NCBI GenBank assembly: GCA_013265495.1
Contig: MU058687.1
Span: forward strand, 4,400,093 to 4,464,092
Origin: Vicugna vicugna
Taxonomy: Eukaryota
Direction of reading: 5' to 3'
Length of the DNA stretch: 64,000 nt
Position numbers and translations under genes: made by a program. Below the pieces are notes generated by a model. It made no database searches. It was not told the DNA's origin and saw only the letters and a list, made by a program, of their open reading frames with translations. The number at the start of each line of letters is the position of its first letter. Position 1 is the stretch's first letter. Shown piece after piece: positions 1-13,099 of this stretch.

Positions 1-2429
1 CTTTATACCAAGAGTGTGCAGATGCAGTGAAGTAACAGGCACCGTGTCAGCTCTTGTGGAGCCTGAAATTGGGTGAACACAGGCATTAAAGAAGTAACTA
101 CAAGAGTGTTGAATGCTAGAAAAGGCGAGATTCAAGGTACTAGAGGTGCAAACAGCAGAAGGCTTTAACCTAATCTGGAGGGTTTAAGAAGTTTTTGTTT
201 AACTCTACTGTTAAGGAGTTTTTACACCCATCTCCCCACCCCTCGCCAAGCCCTCCCTGCGTCAGCCAAGGCTCCCAGGTCTGTGAGCTGCAGTGACAAG
301 GGAGGACGCTGCCACCAGCAGTAAGCTTGGCTATAGAGAGCAGACATGCGGGGTGGATGGCAGAGGAGGCACGGAATTCACTCCAGGGCATCAGCTGGAG
401 AATGGAGAAAAGGCTTGTGGGCAGACAGTAACCTCTACAATAGACATTCCATCTGCCTTGTTTATTATTGTAAACCTGGCGCTTAGCACAGTGGCCCTCA
501 GATATTCGTGGTGTAAATGGATGGCTGACCTCTGTAACATTCTGTACCTGCCTCTTAAAGTTAGGGTTGAGCCCTCTTGGGAACAGGAACAGACGACTCC
601 CTAAACGGGGTACATTGATGGGTGGGTCAGATGACGGCTGCTTCCCTCGTGCGGACCACCCCCTGGGCCACCAGCTTGTGTTCATCCACTCTTTCTACAA
701 GAACTTCTCTCCTTCTCCAGCCCTGACAAGCACCTGGTCCTGTCAGGATGCTGTGGGGCCACAGCAAAACATGAGATTATTCCATCCACTTGGAGTGACT
801 CATCTTAGATGAAAGTCGTCCTGCCGTGCCCACCCCTCCCTCATGGTTATCCATCTCCTACCCCTCCTCCCTCCTGAGGTATCTATTTTATATGTTCGAT
901 TCCACTGTGGATCTCAGACTTCACTAATCCTGCCTAAAGGTGTTGGACTTAGGGAATTGATCCAGGTGGCTTGCAGGGGAGATGGGAAAAGACAAGAAAT
1001 TTTGACAAGAAATGTGCAGGTCCATCTAGTACTAGGGTTGGCCGCAGTACTCCAGAGGTTACTGGAGGAAATGACCACAGTAGTTTGGGGTATCCTAGAC
1101 GTTCTGGACCACATGTATGTAGAGGGAAACACAGTTTGCATGGAAAGTTCTCTGTTAACTGTGCGCTCTGGCTTTGGGAGTTAAATGATGGGCTGCAGGA
1201 AAAGGATATAAGGGACTGAAACTTCTCTCCCCAGAAGCATCTGGAAGTCAGTCTGGGAGCATTTGCTCTCAGTATCTGGTGAGGCTGGCTTGCCACCATA
1301 CACGGCAAATCAGCTTCTCTGATAAAGAGCTGAGAAAACAAGTCAAAGTCCTTACCATCAAAGGGAATGTGTCAGGCCCTTTTTATAAGGAAAGGGTTTG
1401 GTTAATGGAGAGAAAGTTAAAAAAAAAAAAAGAAGAAGAAAAGAAACAGTACAAAGAGGTTTTGTGGGAGAAACACGCTTCTCTCTGGCATCCCCCCACC
1501 CCTTCTCGGCACTGCCCCTTCTGCGTGCATCAGAAGTGATTTCTTCATTTTCTGAGATCCTAGAGGGCTTCAGTTGGGCTCTCTCTGAAAATAGTTCTAC
1601 CTATAGGATTGTGGGCTGCTTCTGGACAGAGTTTTATTCATATTTCTACCTCTCACTGTTCTTTATAGAGGGTAGGCCTCTGATAAATAAAGGTAGAATG
1701 AATAAGTGAATTAACAATGCATATGTGGTAGATATATTCACCCTGACTTCTCTGATACTCTTTTTCTTCCCTGCCTTCGATTTTTTAAAGTAGTCTAACA
1801 AACCTATTACTGGTGTCTCAAACAGCCTCCAAGAGAATAAATTGTTTAGGAATAAAAATTATCTTTTTTCTAAATCAAGGGTGACTAAACCATCCCGGTG
1901 CTTCCCAGCTACTGAGCGCCCCTGCCTGGGCTCTCGGAATTAAGCTGCTGATCAAACATCTGTCTCCCCATCTTTTCTCCACTTATTAAAATCCTATTCA
2001 TCCTTCAGACTAGTTTAATTTTTAACTTCTCACTCAGTGAACCCCTTCTTTGTCTACCAGAGCTGGAAACCTGTTTTTCTTTTCTGATCTCTATGACAGC
2101 AAACCGCTGTTGTCATTCATTTGGCATCAATAACACAAGGACAGGCGTTTTGGAGAGGGTACTGTGGTTCAAGTCCGCCTTCGCCACTCAGCGGTGGTCA
2201 GTTACCTCCCTTGACCCGGAATTCCCTCATGGTGATAATAAAGCTTTGCTGTAGGACATCTGGTCTCAAGAGGGAAACGCAGATCCGTATATAAGACGCC
2301 TGTTCCAACACCTGGAACTTACCAAGGCCTCAGTTAGCGGCAACTGCTCTTATTATTTGCACGTATGTTATCTCTTCAGATTGTAAGGTCAAGGGTTGCA
2401 CATCTTTCCGATGATCTAATGTTTAACTT

Positions 2430-3300
2430 CCTTTTAGAAAATAGATAAATAAGTGTATACCATGTAGTGAAGACAGTGGTATATGCTAAGAAGATAAATA
2501 AAGTGGGATAAGGAGAGAACAGACAGGACCAAGGACAGTGAGGTGGAGGAAGGCTTCTGTGCGGAAGGGGCGTTTGACTTCAGGTTGGATGACGTGAGGG
2601 AGACCACCAGGCGTGTGCTTGCAAGACCACCAGGAAGCAGTGCCCTTGATGGATGCAGGGAAGGAAGGTCAGGAAGCTGTAGAAGTACTAGAGCATCTCA
2701 GGGACACAGAGGCCATTGGAGTAGAGTTCTGCAAAGAAGGAAGTAATCCTCAGTGTCAGAATCCTCTCTTCCTGGGAGGTCTAGGGAGAGAGCTGCCGAG
2801 AACGCCTGTGGGTTTGGCGAGTGGGAGCTGACGTTAGTGAGAGAGTGAGAGCAGGGTCAGGGTTGTGGCGAGGACCGCAGGTGCAGGAGTGACTGGGATG
2901 TGCTGAAGTCAAGCCGTGAGGGAAGACAAGACTGGGCAGTAGCCAGAGGGTGATAGGTGTCTAAGGAGAGACTATAGTTCAGTCTGAAAGATTCTATTGT
3001 GAAGCTGGGCAGAGGGAAAGGAGATCGTTGCAAATTTAGGAGAGAGACGATGACAGAGCATGGTCTTGAAGGAGGCAGGGGCTGATGAAAGGAAAGGCGT
3101 GGGTGGATGATTTGGTCACAGGAGCAAAGCCACATGCAGAGCAAGGAGAGAAAGACTGGCTGTGGGAAGGCTAGGGATGGCTTCCAGCGTCCTCATGAAA
3201 TGCGTTGAGGATGCTAGTGGTGAGCTTGGGCCTAAGGGTGGAGATTTGAGTTAGGTCAAGTAGAAGATGGAACCCATCAGAGAAAGTTTAAAAGCAAAGT
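2430..3300 (-). mobile_element. Degenerate L2 LINE fragment(s)
   Basis: Purine-rich decayed sequence with L2-like phrases (e.g. 'ggaggaaggcttctgtgcggaaggggcgtttgacttcaggttgga'); boundaries approximate. Confidence 0.5.
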
Positions 3301-3439
3301 TTGTTCTTTTTGCTCTTGGGTGAAGTAAGCCATTTAGTCCCTTTGGTATACAAGGTGTCGCCATAGAAACAACCTTTAACTGCATTTTCCAAACTGCATG
3401 GTTTTTCCCATAAACACAGCAATGAAGTAAACTCTCCTT

Positions 3440-3479
3440 AAAAAATGCACTCTGAAAAAGAAAAAAAAAATGCACTCTG
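3440..3479 (+). mobile_element. Solo A-rich insertion flanked by 15-bp direct repeats (L1-type TSD)
   Basis: AAAAAATGCACTCTG at 3440-3454 and 3465-3479 flanks AAAAAGAAAA; the left copy follows TT, giving a TT|AAAA L1-endonuclease-type site. Confidence 0.6.
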
Positions 3480-3520
3480 CACACACACACACACATACAT
3501 ATACACATATACACACACAC
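3480..3520. repeat. Interrupted (CA)n/(TA)n microsatellite
   Basis: Directly visible. Confidence 0.9.
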
Positions 3521-3759
3521 CCCTCCCTACCTCCTTGTTACTTCATAACCAATTGAATATAATGGCAAATACTCTTTAACTCAATTCTGGAGTCTTGGTG
3601 TTTTTTTTTTAGTACTGAGTTTCTCATTTAGGTATGTGATATTTACATAATGTTATTTAATAGCATAAAGTTTAGATTCAGGTCATACCCCATAGGATTA
3701 AGTGGAGCTTAATTCTAGCCACAAAGTGTGGTTGGTAACTTTCACAGACATACATGCTC

Positions 3760-3940
3760 ATTATAATCCAGGGACTATGCCAGACCCTTGGTATATATGT
3801 TGTCCCATTTACAGTCCTACAACCACACTGTGAACTGACAGATGGGGCAATTGAGGCTCAGTGATGTTAAGGAATTTGCTCAGTGTCAGCCAGCTTGTTA
3901 AGGGACATTTTTAGTTTACAAATATAGGTCTTCCTGACCC
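3760..3940 (-). mobile_element. MIR SINE
   Basis: 'acagatggggcaattgaggctcagtgatgttaaggaatttgctcagtgtca' matches the reverse complement of the MIR core. Confidence 0.7.
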
Positions 3941-4831
3941 AGATCACCACCCGGTCACCCAGTTACAGCAACAGGCTGAAGAACATTAATAGTTTTCAGT
4001 TTAGCTAGTGAAGATGCTCTTCATCTCATGCTGGCTTGAATTTCCTGTGCAGTGGAGGGAGAGCAGAAAGTGCATTTTAATAAGCTTCAATTAAATTAAT
4101 TTCATTTTACTTCTTTTGATGTATGGTCTCTTCAAAAAATCCAATTCTACTGATGTTTATTAAGTGCCTCTGTTCACTTGGAAAGCGCCAGGCACTTCAG
4201 GGGATCTACGGACGAGTGTGATTCAGCCCCTGCTTCAAGAGTTTACAGCCGAGTGAAGAGGATGGGAGAGCGTAATTTGCTCTAATACTAGATTGAAGGT
4301 GATAAGCACCATAAGACGTATCGCAAACAATGGGTTCTTAATTCAGAAGTGCAAGGCTGTGCGAATAATTAGAAAACTGGCCTGGTGGTGCCTAAACTCT
4401 GGAAGCGCTGCGCAATGGAACTCTTAAAAGAGTCTTTATTTTAAACATGGTCGTCCATGTGTTTGAGTCGAGGCTGTGTAATAAGTGATGCGAGGGCGGC
4501 GTCTGGCAGGCTGAGGGTCAGCGGTGGCAGCCCCGTTTGTGTTGCGGGGCAGGGGACTCGAGGCTCGGAGGCAGAAGGCAGAGACACACGCGTCCCAGTG
4601 GTGGTGTGTGACCTGCTGCTGTTCTGGGCTCTCGGTGTGTGTCGCAGGCAAGAGCTGTTCAAGACATTGAACTGCAGTTGCACAAAGAAATGCGTTATAT
4701 AAAGTTTCTGGTTGTATGTTTTTTTCTTTTTTGGAGTTCAGGAATCTGAATAACTCCAAAAATACTGTGAACCCAGGATAGGTCAGTCCTACAATCTTTT
4801 AACACATTGTCGTAGGGATTTAAAAGTAGGG

Positions 4832-5416
4832 TGCTGCTCTCAAACCCAAGTTCATGTGCCTGACACACTGTGAGGCCAAACAAAGCGAAACATCAGAATT
4901 TGTAGCAGAGAAAGTTTTATTGCAAGGGCCGTGCAAGGAGGATGGGTGGCTCAGAATACCCGAACTCCCTGATGGGTTTCAGGGAAGAAGATTTTATAGG
5001 CAAAATCTGGGGGGAGGGTGTGGGATGTGTAGCCCTCCTCTGGTTGGTTGGTGGTGAGGTAACAGGGTGGTGCTCTAAGATTCTCAGTCATCAGCCTCTG
5101 GTTCCAGCCAGTCTGGGGTCCAGCGCTAGTGCTCAGCCTGAAGTTAATCTTCCACCTGGTGGGGGGGCGGGGTCTTTGGTCCTGTAGAGGAACTCAGAGA
5201 TATGGATCAAGTTGTTAGGCATGTCTCTCAGGGAGGAACCAGGACGTGACCCCATGCTGCATTCCCTCACCCCTCTCCTTAGCAACCCTTTGAGTCTGCC
5301 CTTTGCAACACAGAGAAGGTCCAGGAGGCTGAAACCTTTTTCCTACCGACAAGAATTGGGGGACACAGAAAGGCCTTTGTAGTTGGGAGGGCCCCAGGGG
5401 GTCCCGCACAGTTTCA
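4832..5416 (-). mobile_element. ERV solo LTR (ERV1-like, cetartiodactyl type)
   Basis: Approximate TG...CA ends; on the minus strand TATAAAA (4992-4998) precedes AATAAA (4916-4921); resembles recalled artiodactyl LTRs ('aagttcatgtgcctgacacactgtgaggccaaac'). TSD not resolved. Confidence 0.75.
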
Positions 5417-6529
5417 ACCCTGCCTTGTCTTTGATATTCCTCAATCTTGAGGCGAACAGGTGTTGGACAAGAAAAATCATGACATTTTGGATAGAGAGGT
5501 CAGTCATACACTTGGCAGAAGAGCTCTGTTTTGGGGCAACTCAGTTTCAATACTACAATTCCTTTTCAACTTTTGGAAGAAGGAACTCAAAACTAGAGAA
5601 CACGAGCTAGGACAGTGCACTGTGTACAAATAGGAATTTAATAAATGCTTCCTGATTCTTTACTTACTGGCCACTTACATTAGGCGCTGTCATAGCCATT
5701 TCTGAAATGCACAGCTGAAATAAACACTCTTCTGTTTTCTAAGAGTTTATATCTAAATAGAAGGATTGAGGGGATGGCCCCTTGACAGACTGGAAGTCAG
5801 ATTTCCACTGCCACATCATTGGGGTTGCAGGAGCCATCAATTCATAATGTTCTCAGCACGCTGCACTGTTCTCTGTCGCCCCACGGAGCTTTGTCTCCAC
5901 CTCCGGCTGAACACCCTCGGAGTGTGTTTGCCTCACTTCCCTGCTGCCGTCGGTCAGTGCCTCCCTGATGGATTGGCTGCAGCCGCGTTTGGTGTTGCTT
6001 GGATGAGGTGATGGATGCTTTTCTCTCCTCTCCGGCTGTTTGGAGCCAGAATACAGAAGTGCTGGTTAGAAGGTGATTAATCTTCCCTAATGGTACCGTG
6101 TGCTGCAAAGGGTTTCTGCCCCCATGTCTTCATTAGCCTTGATCAGAGTCCGCATTACCTCAGATGAGGTCATCAGTTATAAAGCAGAGGGTAGAGGCCT
6201 TTTGAGCAAGTGTCAAGTGCATGAAGTCCATTTGGAAAGGAAAAACAGTGGAGCCCCAGTTGCCAAGCATCCTTCGGGAAGGAGTGAAAGCTGGCGTGTG
6301 GTCCTGGGCACCTCTTCCACGAAGCAGTCCGGCTGATGGAGAGTAGCGGGCGGCTCTGACACAGTCAGGATGGACACCGAGCAACAACATCCTGCCGTTC
6401 CGTTGCTTCCTGGGTGACGCTGTCTGACCCTCGGGATTGAAACTGTTTGGGAATGTTGTTTTCTAAAACTTAAGGACAGATTCTTGGTGTCTTTGGGAGT
6501 TAGGTACATTTCTTTAAATAGGAATTTAG

Positions 6530-6830
6530 AAATTTACCTTGTGCCCAGTGATACTCAGATAACTGCGAGGATGGGGGAGCTCAGCAGACCAAACCCTGAG
6601 CTTCTCGTTGAGTGAGAGAGACAGATAATAGACAAACAAACGTACACTAGGGAAAAAAAAACTCTGAAGAAAAAGAAATTGGGTAAGGAGAGAAAGAACA
6701 GAGCAAGTGGTGGTCAGGGAGGACTTCTCTGAGGAAGAGACGCTGGAGTAGAGATTGAGTGAAGTGAGGGATGCCTATGGTAGTAAGAAGGGCCTTCCAG
6801 GCAGAGAGGACAGCCAGCTCAAGGCTCATA
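6530..6830 (-). mobile_element. L2 LINE 3' fragment
   Basis: 'gtggtcagggaggacttctctgaggaagagacg' and 'ccttccaggcagagaggacagc' are typical antisense L2 phrases. Confidence 0.65.
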
Positions 6831-7095
6831 CTTCAAGTGGTGTATGCTCATTTCATTTTAACTTTAGCACCTGCTAGCACTCACTCAGTGTGCACAGCGA
6901 TGTTAAATGACCTGGAGGAGGTAAATCTGCAGCACAGAGCCTACTACATCATGGTATTAAAAAAACTGTGAATGTCTTCCTCCACTTGCAACTCAAGGAA
7001 ATGACTTAAGATGAATTCTCACCTCCTGAGAGAGCTCCTAACACCTACTCTCTGAACACCACATCCCTTGGCTTCAGGCAGCCACTGGGCAGCAT

Positions 7096-7213
7096 CTTTC
7101 CTCCCTCCCCTCCCTTTCTGTTTTTCTCCTCTTCCCTCCTTTCCTCCTTTCCAGTCTCCTCCCCACCTTTCTTCTTCCGCCTCCTCCCCTCCCCTCCTTT
7201 TCCCCCTGTCTCC
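7096..7213. repeat. CT-rich polypyrimidine low-complexity tract
   Basis: Almost only C/T on the + strand. Confidence 0.85.
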
Positions 7214-7342
7214 TGAAAATCACAAGTGCCTCAAATTCAGGTTTTAAAATGAATGAAACATAGTCTCAGAGATCACGGAGTGAGTGACCGATTACTCTCT
7301 GTGGTAATGTAGTACCACAGCCACTTATTCCATGTGCCACAG

Positions 7343-8113
7343 CCACACACACACCACACACACCGCACACCACACACACCCACACACCCACACACACCAC
7401 ACACACATACCACACCACACACACACCACACTACACACACAAACACCACACACACCACACACTACACACACCCACACACCACACACATATACCACACTAC
7501 ACACACACACCACACTACACACACACACACCACACATACCACACACCCACACACCCCACACACTACACACACCCACACACCACACACACCACACACACAT
7601 ACCACACTACACACACACACACTACACACACACACCACACATACCACACACTACACACACACACCACACACACACACCACACACTACACACACCCACACA
7701 CCACACACACCACACACACCACACACATATACCACACTACACACACACACTACACACACACACCACACATACCACACACACCACACACACATACCACACT
7801 ACACACACACACTACACACACACACCACACATACCACACACCCACACACACCACACACTACACACATACACCACACACACACACCACACACTACACACAC
7901 CCACACACACACCCCACACTACACACACACACCACACTACACACACACACCACACACACACACCACACCACACACACAGACACCACACTACACACACACA
8001 CCACACTACACACACACACTACACACACACACCACACACTACACACACACACACACACCACACTACACACACACACCACACTACACACACACACCACACG
8101 CACACACACACAC
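7343..8113. repeat. ~770-bp CA-rich compound microsatellite / cryptic minisatellite
   Basis: Units such as ACCACACAC, ACTACACAC and ATACCACAC; G is almost absent on the + strand. Confidence 0.97.
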
Positions 8114-8499
8114 CCCCAGCGGTGAGAGCCGTTCCCATTAGGCATTGGACTGGGGTGAAAATAGAAAAGAATAAGTTTCGTGGGCAGCTGGGACTTTTGT
8201 AGCACCTGGCAACTTAGAATGTCATTTTGCCATAGAGATGGTGGTTCTCACTGCTGCTCTGCAGGTGCAGACAGGCATGGTAAGGGTGCCTTTTTAGGGG
8301 TAGGTATGACACTGTAATCCATATCATTCTATAACTATTCCCAGTGCTGTCTCTATAATAGTTGCAGTCCTGATATCAGTGTTCTATCAGTTTCTTAAAA
8401 ATCCTGAAAAATCATCCTCATCATTGAAATTCTTTTCCTCTGAACAAGGTAACATCTACTTTGGCCACTTGCTAGTAATAATAACAACCATAAAATTAT

Positions 8500-8670
8500 T
8501 TATTAAGTGACAATCAAATATGTCATCTCTAACATAACTATCCATTGAACCCACTTTACAGATAAAGGTGCTGAGACTCAAAGTGGTCCAGAGCCCCCCA
8601 GTATAAGTGGGGAGCTGGGATGGTCCCTGGATCTGACTGCCTGCAAAGCCAGTCCTCCTCTCACACTATC
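8500..8670 (-). mobile_element. MIR SINE
   Basis: 'cccactttacagataaaggtgctgagactca...ctgactgcctgcaaagcc'. Confidence 0.55.
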
Positions 8671-8689
8671 AGTTCTCTCCCAAAACATC

Positions 8690-9280
8690 TGTCCATTCTC
8701 CTCCTCTTGAGGCTTCACAGTCATCCTTTGTGATTCCCTTTCCTTCCTCCTTAAATCCTGTGGAATCCTTCTTAGAAGATCCTTTGTGATCCATCCATTT
8801 GTTTCTAGCCCTGCTCCTTTCTTGTCACAGAGCCTTTATCCTTTTCCATCTGGACTTTTGTGCTTTTCTCTCTGTCTTTCAGCCTCCAGTTTTTTGCCAC
8901 ACCAGCCAATCTTACACACTGTTGTCAGATTCACTACCTTAAGTACCACTTTGCCACATTGCTACTCATCTTACAGTTGTTCAGGGCTCCCCACTGTCCT
9001 CAGTGTGATAACAGTCAGGCTGTGAATGCTGGCTTCACAGCCCTGCATGATCAAACCTACCTCATTTATTCAACCTTATTTTAGCCAGAGGGCTGAGTTC
9101 ACAAGGTCCCTGGACCACGCCAGGCATGTTCTTCCCTTGATGACTTTGCTCATACTGTATGCCTCACTCAAAGGGCAGCCTCCTTTCCTATATTCTCTGA
9201 AAGATCCAGATCAATTTCTATCTCCTCCATGAAATGTATCCTCCCTTTTTCTGGCCTGTATTGATCTCTCCCTTCTTAAA
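8690..9280 (+). mobile_element. Degenerate L2 fragment
   Basis: Pyrimidine-rich L2 3'-region phrasing ('cacactgttgtcagattcactaccttaag', 'ctccccactgtcctcag'). Confidence 0.55.
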
Positions 9281-9409
9281 CACTTTTCTCTAAACTTCAA
9301 AGATCTGTAAGATGGTCTTATTTTAAATAAACCTTCAGTAGAAACGGCTTATCCTGCAGATGATGCCCCTTATGAAGGAAGGTTATTTTCTTAAATGATT
9401 GGTAACTTC

Positions 9410-9841
9410 AGCTGAAGTGTTCAGCTTCAACCACCAGAAAGCACAACTAATATTGGCTTAACCAGTTAGATGTCGATGGTCTTAGGTGACAAAAAGCCCA
9501 GGAGTATGTAGCCCAGGAGGTACAGCTGCTCAGTCATGCCATCTGGGACCCGCACTTCATCTTTCTGTTTTAACATTCACTGTGTATTGGCTTTCTGCCT
9601 CCTGTTTTTGCCCTTAGTCACGGTATAGGTGCTGTACCTCTGAGCAGGAGGAATGGAACAGCAGAAATCCAGGTACACCTCATTCGGCAGCAAGGTCAGA
9701 ATTATGTCACACGTCACCTCTAGCTGCAAGGGAAGCTCGGGAATTGGGTTTTGGGCTTTTTAGCTTCTACAGGAGAGACAGGACTGCAAAAATACGGCCA
9801 AAAATTGGTCTTAATTAAAACAGCCTGCAGTGTCAGCCACA
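9410..9841 (-). mobile_element. MaLR LTR (MLT1J/K-like)
   Basis: 'cagaattatgtcacacgtcacctctagctgcaagggaagctcggga' is a characteristic MLT1J-class segment; ends in 'gtcagccaca'. Confidence 0.65.
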
Positions 9842-11372
9842 GCAAAACTTAATGAATAAATCCCTACATTCCAATGATGCTCTATTCTTTTTTTCAATGG
9901 GAGAACAGCAGAGTTAAACAAAAAAAAGAAGAAAGAAATGTGAACAGTTATATTGGCTTGTTATCAAGTACATGGCCTGGTGGCCACACGGCCTTAAGTC
10001 ACTTACCTCTCTAAGATGGGTTTCCTCATCTAAACAAGTGGACTAGTTGTCACACTTGCTGCTTTGAATTGTTGTGACGAGTTAAAGAGGAAAAGCCCAT
10101 AGACTGTTATGTGGCACGTAGAATGTGCTGGGTAAATGTCTGTACCTTCTCTCTCCTCCCATTTGAGGCCCTGGTTGGTGGAGAGAAAACTCCCAAACAC
10201 AGTAAGAAAAACAAGCAAGGACTGAATCAAAGAAGATAATCTCTCCTACCAGCTGGTCCCCATAAACTCTTTTCGGTAGGGCAAAGGATTGCCTCAGTAA
10301 CAGAACCACAGGTGTGTTTGAGATTCGTTCATCTTGTAATTAAGAGAGGAAAGGAAATCTCTGAATGTTTGTGAAGGTGTTGACCTATGGATACTGAGGT
10401 ATGTGAAAAAGACTCACACATCTCAGGTGTTTAATGAAGATCAGTAACAATTTGTGGGCCCGGCAGCTGTACAGTCCCATCCCCTGAAATCACGCACAGG
10501 AACCCTGCTTCTGAAAAGCGACGCTTGGTGGAGGGAATGGCAGAGTGATACCCAATTAGCAAGATCTGCAAAAGAGGCACATGGGCAGGAATCGTTAGTG
10601 ATCCCAGAAAAGTGTGTGTGTGTGTGTGTATTATGTTTATATTTATATGGCAGAACACATTCTTAACCCATCTACCTCCCACTTCCTACACAGGCAGAAC
10701 AAAATTTCTCATGTACTTATATTGAAGTTCTTAGGGGAAAAAAAAACTTTAAAATTTTATAGTACAATAATCTGTATGTATACATTTTAAATAAAATTGT
10801 CTGTCTATCTCCCTCCCTCCCTCCCTGTCTCTCTTTCTCTCTGTCTATCTCAAATGTGTTGAAAAGCTATATTCTGATAGTAGGAAAAGCAAAACGCTGC
10901 CAGATGTTGGGAGGAGTGGTAACCAAGTGATTCAGTCAGAATTCTCCTGTGGGGACACGGACTCTCTCGGTCAGTGTCACAGAATGAAATAGTCTCAGAC
11001 TCACCAGCAGTGAGTTACTCCATCTGGCTGTGGCAATTAGGAGCTGAAGATGACGGGAAGTTAAATGACTGTCTTTATGAAACAAAGCGAAACAGAAAAG
11101 GGAACAGCTGGGGGACTGGATGGCTTGGGGGCACAGAATTGGATCTAGAATTGAGTCTGTTACCTCCAGTCGCTGGTTATAATGCTAGTGTGGGTTAATA
11201 GGAGTTGAAAGTTGCTGCTGTGAGATAGCAGTTAGCTGTCCCTTGCCTGAAGTATGACCATGGCATGTAGAGGACAGTCTGTATCTAGGTTTCTAGAATG
11301 TAATGTCCTCTTTAGTTAAGGGTCAAGCTACCAGCTTAACTACACAGCCAAGGGGCCAGGCATGAGAATCAC

Positions 11373-11575
11373 AGGGTCCCAGAACTTAAGCTCTGGAAAG
11401 GGCGTTGCTGTCATGTCCAGAGTCTGTGAACTCCCTGAAGGTGTATGTGTCACTTCTTTGCATGTGCTGCATATTCTAAGGAAAAGAATGCATAGCTTTC
11501 TTCATATCCAAAGGAAGGCGTGGATCTACCAGCCCTCCACTCGTCCCCCTCCAAATGTTAAGAACTTGACCTAGA
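11373..11575. mobile_element. hAT-Charlie MITE (MER103-like)
   Basis: 'catagctttcttcatatccaaagg...aaatgttaagaac' resembles the recalled MER103 consensus. Confidence 0.5.
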
Positions 11576-11589
11576 CTTTGTCTGTAGAG

Positions 11590-11810
11590 TTGAGTGGGCT
11601 TGAACTTAAGTTTTTGCCTTACCACTGAACTAGCTGTGTGACCTTGGACAAGTCACTTTTATAAGACTTATTTTTTCTAATGTATACGATGAGGACAGTA
11701 ATATTATCCACCTCACAGAATTTTTATGAAGAAAATTTGAGATCATGTATGTAAAAATTTTACCATAACATATATTAAGTGTTAAATTTTAGCTATTATT
11801 ATTATTATTA
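11590..11810 (+). mobile_element. MIR SINE
   Basis: 'ctagctgtgtgaccttggacaagtcactt', the MIR core. Confidence 0.75.
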
Positions 11811-12978
11811 ACAAAAATATTGAGCCCCAGGAATGCTGAGATATACCCAAGGTTAATGGCAGAAACAGGATCAGAAGTCTGATATCCAATTCACTATATT
11901 GGCCATTGGAAAACATGATGACCCCATCTCTCTTCTTGTTCATTATTCCTTTCCTCTTTTGGCAGGGCTAGACATACAGCATAAGACACTGAAATCAAGT
12001 GATTAGTTTTACCATTGCATGGACAAATGGTCTATTTCATTTTGGAGTGCTCCTTCAGTACTCTTTTAACATTTTATCTAAACCAGATTCTTCAGTGGGA
12101 AATCACAAAGAGCAAGGAGGTCACACTTGGACTTTTAGCATCTTCCACCCACCTTGCTCAAGAACAAACTGTGAGCAAGGTTACAAGTCTGATTCTTCAT
12201 TAGTGAGGGGAAGTCTTTTTTTGTGCAGCTTCTCTGTTGAATAGATAGAGTGGATCTAACAAAAGGGATGACAAATTAGGAACTGTCTGTTGGCTAATGT
12301 ACTGTTTACTACAGTATAAATGACTGGTGTTTGGGAAATGACAGATGAGAGAGAACACAAGTATGGACGTAAGTGATTTCCAGGTTTCTACAGTGGAGGA
12401 GAGTCATGGTTGACTGAGATGTTGACTGGCAGTGGGGAGTCATTGGTGGGAGTTTCGGGGGGATGAAAAGTGCATGGAGAAGACTTTTCAGTTAGTCCGC
12501 TGATCCAGAGCTTTTGTGCCATACACAAGGTACAGGGGGTCCAGCTCGCCTGCTCTTTTCTCACTGCCTCATCCACTCCGGATGTAATTCTGGTTTCAGT
12601 CCAAGTGCAGTAATCTCCCCAGAGAGAAAGCATAAGGGGTAAGCATGGAGCTATGCTCAGCCAAGCTGGGAGATCACATCCCTAGAGGAAGATGACATAG
12701 AAAGGAAGAATAATAAATGTGGTTGAAAAAAGGCAAGAAAGCAAAAAAGCAAGCCAGCAGGGAAGCAAGCAAGAAAGTGGAAGGAGGAAGAAAGGATGGA
12801 AAGAGGGAAAAAGAGAAGGGAAGGAGGGTAGAAGGACAAAGGGGATTCAGCACGTCAATTAATCTAACCTGATATACTTGAGTGAATTTGTGATGGCCTA
12901 ACTTGCCCCAGTGGATCATAAGAAGCCTTCAATTAATTTGTAGCTATTGTAACTATTTAGCATCCATTTGCTTAGTTT

Positions 12979-12981
<3 letters not shown>

Positions 12982-13018
<37 letters not shown>
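12982..13018. repeat. (TAA)12 microsatellite
   Basis: Perfect trinucleotide run. Confidence 0.97.
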
Positions 13019-13019
<1 letters not shown>

Positions 13020-13099
13020 TAAGGTAGGCTGTCAGACATTATTTGCAAACACATCACCATTGTAACTTGTATTTGCCTTCTGCTTTGTCAGAGATTTTA

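Noticed and set aside
7332..8141. 269-aa and 263-aa His/Thr/Pro-rich ORFs and antisense Cys/Val-rich ORFs
   Set aside because: They are translations of the CA-rich repeat, whose composition rarely produces stop codons.
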